From NCBI RefSeq assembly GCF_009914755.1, contig NC_060936.1: 64,000 nt of DNA; one strand, 5' to 3'. Of this stretch, positions 57,079 to 64,000 are shown piece after piece. The notes under the pieces were generated by a model. That model was not told the origin of the DNA. It did not search any database and was given only the letters and a program-made list of their open reading frames with translations. Origin of the DNA: the human T2T-CHM13v2.0 reference genome, Homo sapiens. The translations under genes and the position numbers were made by a program. Positions within the stretch are counted from its first letter, which is position 1; each line of letters starts with the position of its first letter.

Positions 57079-57190
57079 ATGAGTCATCCATGAGTCATTC
57101 CTTCATAAGAATATGAAGGTTTCTTCACCAGAGACCTCTAGGAATGCTTCCTGTCTCTCCTTTTGTTGTTTCATTAAAATGTGTGCAATC
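57079..57190. promoter_or_regulatory. Candidate enhancer: two AP-1 sites plus TEAD and ETS motifs
   Basis: ATGAGTCAT at 57079-87 and 57090-98, CATTCC 57096-101, GGAATG 57141-46, CTTCCTG 57147-53. Confidence 0.45.
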
Positions 57191-58478
57191 TTACTGAGAA
57201 TTGGGATTTTTCTCTTATTTCCAGCCTTGATATAGAATTGAGAACGTGACATTAATTATTTTTGTCTCTCAACTAAACTTATTTTTTAAAGATATTTTAA
57301 TTATATAAATAACATACAAATATATTCTCACTATGAAAAATTCAAATAGTAGAGATAAGTCAAAGTCTACCTTGACTCTGTTTCCCAAAGCCTACCTCTT
57401 CTTCCCCAGAGGGTAGTCTATGTATATACAAGGTTCTATTGTATTTTTTATATAAGTAAACGGCCGTATTCAATACTTTGCAATCTAGAACCACTTCAAC
57501 CAAAGTAGGTGGGTAAGGATTTTCACATCTCAGAAATACCAGCAACCAATTTCCACCCACAGATCCTGAATGCCAATAAAGGCTAGCCAGTTTAAGCAGC
57601 AGATTCCAGGTAAGTCGAAAGCCAAAGGGATCATTTGGTCAAAGTAAAGTACAAAGAGGCACAAGGATGATAATGGCCACTTATCTCTGAGTAAAGACAG
57701 ACAGTCTGTGGCTTGACTCCTACCTGGTTTGGTGCTGTGAACTCTATCCATTTGCCTGAATTGGACCAGTGTAGTTGTCCAGTTCCACTGATGAAAATGG
57801 GAGTTCTCTTACTACAAACAACTGTAAAAAGTCCCAGAAGATGACAATGGGTAAGGGAGGACCTAAGCAGACAAAGGAGAGCTTATTCAACACTCCTCCC
57901 TCCCCACAAAATTGTTCTTTCCATTCCAGCCTCATCATCTAAAGCTCTTCAGAAAGGCTTGAATCAGAAATTCAATTCTGCATAAAGTCCTCATCAATTT
58001 ATAATTTTAAAACTTTATGAATTTGAAATAATTAGGGAAAAATTTCTGATTTTAAAAATTCTATTTCCTAAAGTACAGTGTCATTGCTAATTGTATATGG
58101 CAACTTGAATTAGTCTAATTGGGGTTATTAGATCTTTTCAAGGGATTGGCAATCAAGGCATCAATTAGTAGTATTTATATGTGAGGCCATGTTTTTAATC
58201 TGCTAAAACCTATTTGCTTAATCCAAAATCATTCAAGCACTGATTAAACTTGGATTATAAACCATATATGAGGCCAGGATTCTGCTATTCTATTCCAACA
58301 TCCCTCCTCTGTCCCCCCACACATGCACTGAGAACATTAACTATATCTCATACATGTATATCTCATACACTTAGTATATCTTATATAATTGCAATAAGTG
58401 CATATTGGCTATTGAAAACATATACACAACAAAGCCTTGGAGATGCAGGGGCAGAAAAGACAGGCAAATACTTGCCTA

Positions 58479-59400
<922 letters not shown>

Positions 59401-59837
59401 TGATCACGAGAGCAGCATTTCCAGTAAGAGAAGGGAAAGCTGTGTCTGATCTTGGGAGGAAGTTGGGTAGGATTTAGGGTGGGAGAATGAAGAAGGAAGG
59501 GCAGAGACCAGACTAAAGGATTGTGTAGAGTGGGACAGAGGTGAGGCAAGCGAAGGGAGTTATGCACAAAACTTGCAGAGCCACTCCCTCTCAGGGCCAT
59601 GCCTGCACAGGGCTGGTGCCCAAGTGTGAATTCTTCCCAAGTGTTTTGCCCTACTTACCTCACCTATTCCTGGCTTTGGGGATTGGCGTGAGGTAGCATG
59701 GTCAGAGGATAGCAAGGAGACCCTCTCTGCTAAGGAGAAAAGTAGGCCTGACATCCAGGAGCTGGCCTGGTACTATCAGTAGCCCTCAGTGTTGCCCTGA
59801 GCTGGCCTGGAACCAACAGCTAGACTTTGGTGTTCTC

Positions 59838-60574
<737 letters not shown>

Positions 60575-62066
60575 GGTGAGAATTCATCCTGGCAATGGGT
60601 GGAGAGAAATGAGGTTGGGTGGTAAGACTGAGTCAGTTTATGAGCTTGAGCGAATCATCTAAAAGTTACACTGAGGCCATGGAAGGAAACGTGTTGTCAG
60701 CTGTTTAGGAGCAAAAACTGACCAGGAGGAGAATTACAGTATTGAAAAATGGTTCTGGCAGTGTTCACAGTTAGTGTCCATGGGGTGGGTGCCCTGGACT
60801 CTTGGCTGCTTTTTTACAGATGAAAAAACTGAAGTAGCAGCTCAGTGACTGCCAAGATCTGCATATTGACTAAGATAAGGCTTCTGAGACTCTCGTTTCT
60901 AATGTAGTAGTAGCTCCTAGTCAACCTCCTCCCCCTCCCGCCCTAACCACATGTTGTATTACTAGAAAAATAAAGCCATTTATTGGCTTAAAAATCATTA
61001 AATATGAAAATTCCCATGAGAAATTTAATAAATAAAATGATTCGCTCTCTACTTTTGAATTGAATTTTATCATCCATTAAATAAGCAGAGAATGTAGTGT
61101 CTTTGCTAAGTTTTCAGTGCTCAGTCTTGTTTTCCCAGGAACATGAACTCCTCTATCCTTCACTATTCCCCAGAGCTCCCACAGAAAGCTCCATGACTCA
61201 ACACAATTCCTGTTGCATTTCTGCACACAGCTGCCCACCGCAGGCACTGTTGAAACTCCAAGATGTGCAGTGGAAGGACTGGCTAAGAAAACCCGACCCT
61301 GATGGAAACGCCTTCCAATGAGTAGAACTGATTCACATTGGATCACTGGACTTTGGGTTGGGATGTCCAAAAGAAGGACTGATTTCAAAGTAAAATAAAT
61401 GTTCCAAGACTAGGTCACAAAGAAAAGCTTCTCAGCCTTGAAGAAGACAAGGCATAGGCCCGCGTCCCAGGCTCTGAGAGAGAAACGTCTCATTTCCTTT
61501 GCTTGCAAGTCTGTGTGCCATCTCTCAACTTCTGCCCTTGGGTTATCTGTCTGTGTATTTTCTTCACCCTTCTAGATTGCCAGCTCCCTGAATGGAGATC
61601 ACATTGTTGCCTTTGCATTCACCACAATGTTAGTCCAGTGCCTGCCACTAACCAGGTCTTCCCTGCTTATTAATTGACCAACAGACTTTGTATTGAAAAC
61701 ACACTGAAAAAGCATTTCAAAAATAGTTGACTTTCTCTGACGGGAGTTTTGCTAACTGGGAAGGTGATGTAGGGTAACTTCTCAGCAGGGTGTAAATTTT
61801 GAGTGCTAGGGAAAGAGCAGCATGATTGGAAGAGAGGCACATTTCACTAGGATACACTCTGTTATCTTTGTTTTACATTTAAATGGGTCTACATGAAATT
61901 TGGATGACACATTAAGGGTAATTTCCCCAGCGTGATTTGGATTGCTGATTAGAGAATCAAGGCCTCCTGGAGTATTCTGTTTGTGTTACTGATTGGTTAA
62001 GGGCTGTTTCCCAAGTGTGGGCTGAGTTCCGTTTTCCCCTGGAGAATTAAAGAGCAGCACCCTTCA

Positions 62067-62432
<366 letters not shown>

Positions 62433-62539
62433 CTAATTATGCAGGAAGCAAAGAAATGTTACTATGTGGTGAAGAATTAACCTTCTTCAAAATAAGCCCG
62501 CCTTTTGTCCTTGGCTTCTGGAACGTAATCTCTACTGTC

Positions 62540-63750
62540 TTTCTTAGCCCGAGGGATGGGGGTCACAGTGGATTGTCAGTGCAATTTAAGGTGGGGACTG
62601 GCCACTCCCATGTAGCCATAGGGTTGGAGCTGAAAGACCAACAATGTGACTTTGGGTGGAGGCTTTGGGTCACCCAGTATCGGTGGCCTGGAGACTAAGA
62701 TCAACCATGTGGCCAGTCAATCATTTATGCCCACGAAATGGAGCTCCAACAAAAACTGAACCCTGAGGCTTAGGTGAGCTCTCTTGGTTGGTGATTCTCT
62801 CTTGGTTGCTGTATTGTCACACATGGATGCCACCGTGTATCCTTACTTTGTGGGGAAAAGACAACAGGAGCTCTGCATTTGGAACCCTTCTGGACTCTGC
62901 CCTATGTGTCTCTTTTTGGCTAAGCTTAACCTGTAACCTTTCCTTATAATAAACCATAAATGTGACTATAACAGCTTTTGGTGAGTCCCATGTTTCTAGG
63001 GAATACCAAATCAAAGAGTGATTTTGGGAACCCTCTAAAATTGCAGTTGTCCTGCATTTATGGACAGAACCAATATACATCTTACTTGTATTGATTAATG
63101 TCCTATGTCTCCTTGAAATGTATAAAACCAAGCTATAACCCAGCCACTTTGAGCACATGTTCTCAGGATCTCCTGAGGGCTGTGTCATGGGCCATTGGTC
63201 ACTTATATGTGGCTCAGAATAAATCTCTTCAACTATTTTATGAAGTTTCACTCTTTTCATCAACACCCAAAAGAAAATACATTGTTCTATCAAAAAGATA
63301 CATGCATGCATATGTTCATTGCAGCACTATTCACAATAACAAAGACATGGAATCAACCTAGGTGCCCATCAACAGTGGACTGAATAAAGAAAATGTGGTA
63401 CACGTATACCATTGAATACTATGCAGCCACAAAAAGAACAAAATTATATTCTTTTGTTGCAGCTGGAGGCCATTATCCTAAGCAAATTAACACAGAAACA
63501 GAAAACCAAATACTACATGTTCTATAAGTAGGAGCTAAACATTAAGTACTCATGGGCATAAAGATGGCAGCAATACACACTAGGGACTACTAGAGGGGGT
63601 GGAGATGGAAGTGGGAAAGCTTGAGAAACTATTGGATAATATGCTTACTACCTGGGTTCTGGGATCAACAGCACCCCAAAAGCCTTAGCATTATGCAACA
63701 AATCTGTACATGTACCCTCTGAATCTAAAATAAAGGTTGAAATTGTATTT
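62540..63750 (+). mobile_element. Abutting fragments: MER21-type LTR (about 62540-63048), MER4-type LTR 3' part (about 63046-63265), L1PA15/16-like 3' end (about 63266-63750)
   Basis: MER21 ggaaccct..gccctatgtgtctc..aataaacc..gactataacagct. MER4 tgtataaaaccaagct..gcacatgttctcagga..aataaatctcttcaa..caaca. L1 HMFIAALFTITKTWNQPRCPS plus 3'UTR. Confidence 0.7.
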
Positions 63751-64000
63751 AAAAAGTCCATGTGGAAAGTTTAGATTAATACATCTATCTTAAACTTTTA
63801 AAACTTGGCAGAATATCTCAAAATTTTGTCTGTGCTTGTATCGAGCAAATATACGGGAAGTATCAGGGAAAGGGAAGGAATGGTAGGGATGGTCGTAACA
63901 CACACAGCGTATTATATAGCTGCAATAATTAAATCAACAAGGGGCAAGTGCAAGCCTAGTCACATAGATGGAGCAGACAGCTCAGAAACAGATCACAGAA

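Overview
Human/hominid genomic DNA, not prokaryotic: no CRISPR arrays, operons, rRNA or tRNA are visible. The only supportable protein-coding gene is PCED1B (FAM113B). Its whole 432-aa CDS (13840-15138, +) lies in one terminal exon, with a splice acceptor at 13781-82 and tandem AATAAA signals at 15406 and 15417. Bases 1-13782 are therefore inferred to be its last intron, and the rest is downstream intergenic sequence. Much of the window is transposable-element relics. These include about 50 Alus and a TSD-flanked full-length but dead L1PB (28011-36043) carrying a solo HERV-W LTR17 and two Alus. There are also four MER34-family solo LTRs, other LTRs, Tigger/MER5 DNA-transposon relics and MIR/L2 fragments. 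Nearly all short ORFs in the track are Alu, L1 or shadow artefacts. I found no convincing new multi-gene system. The best leads are a 19-nt orphan retro-insertion with a pure A41 tail and 14-bp TSD, the intact catalytic motifs of the orphan enzyme PCED1B, an intact HERV-W LTR facing PCED1B, several unusual Alu structures, and a phased AP-1/TEAD/ETS enhancer candidate. Repeat boundaries are approximate and subfamily names come from recalled consensus sequences, not a search.
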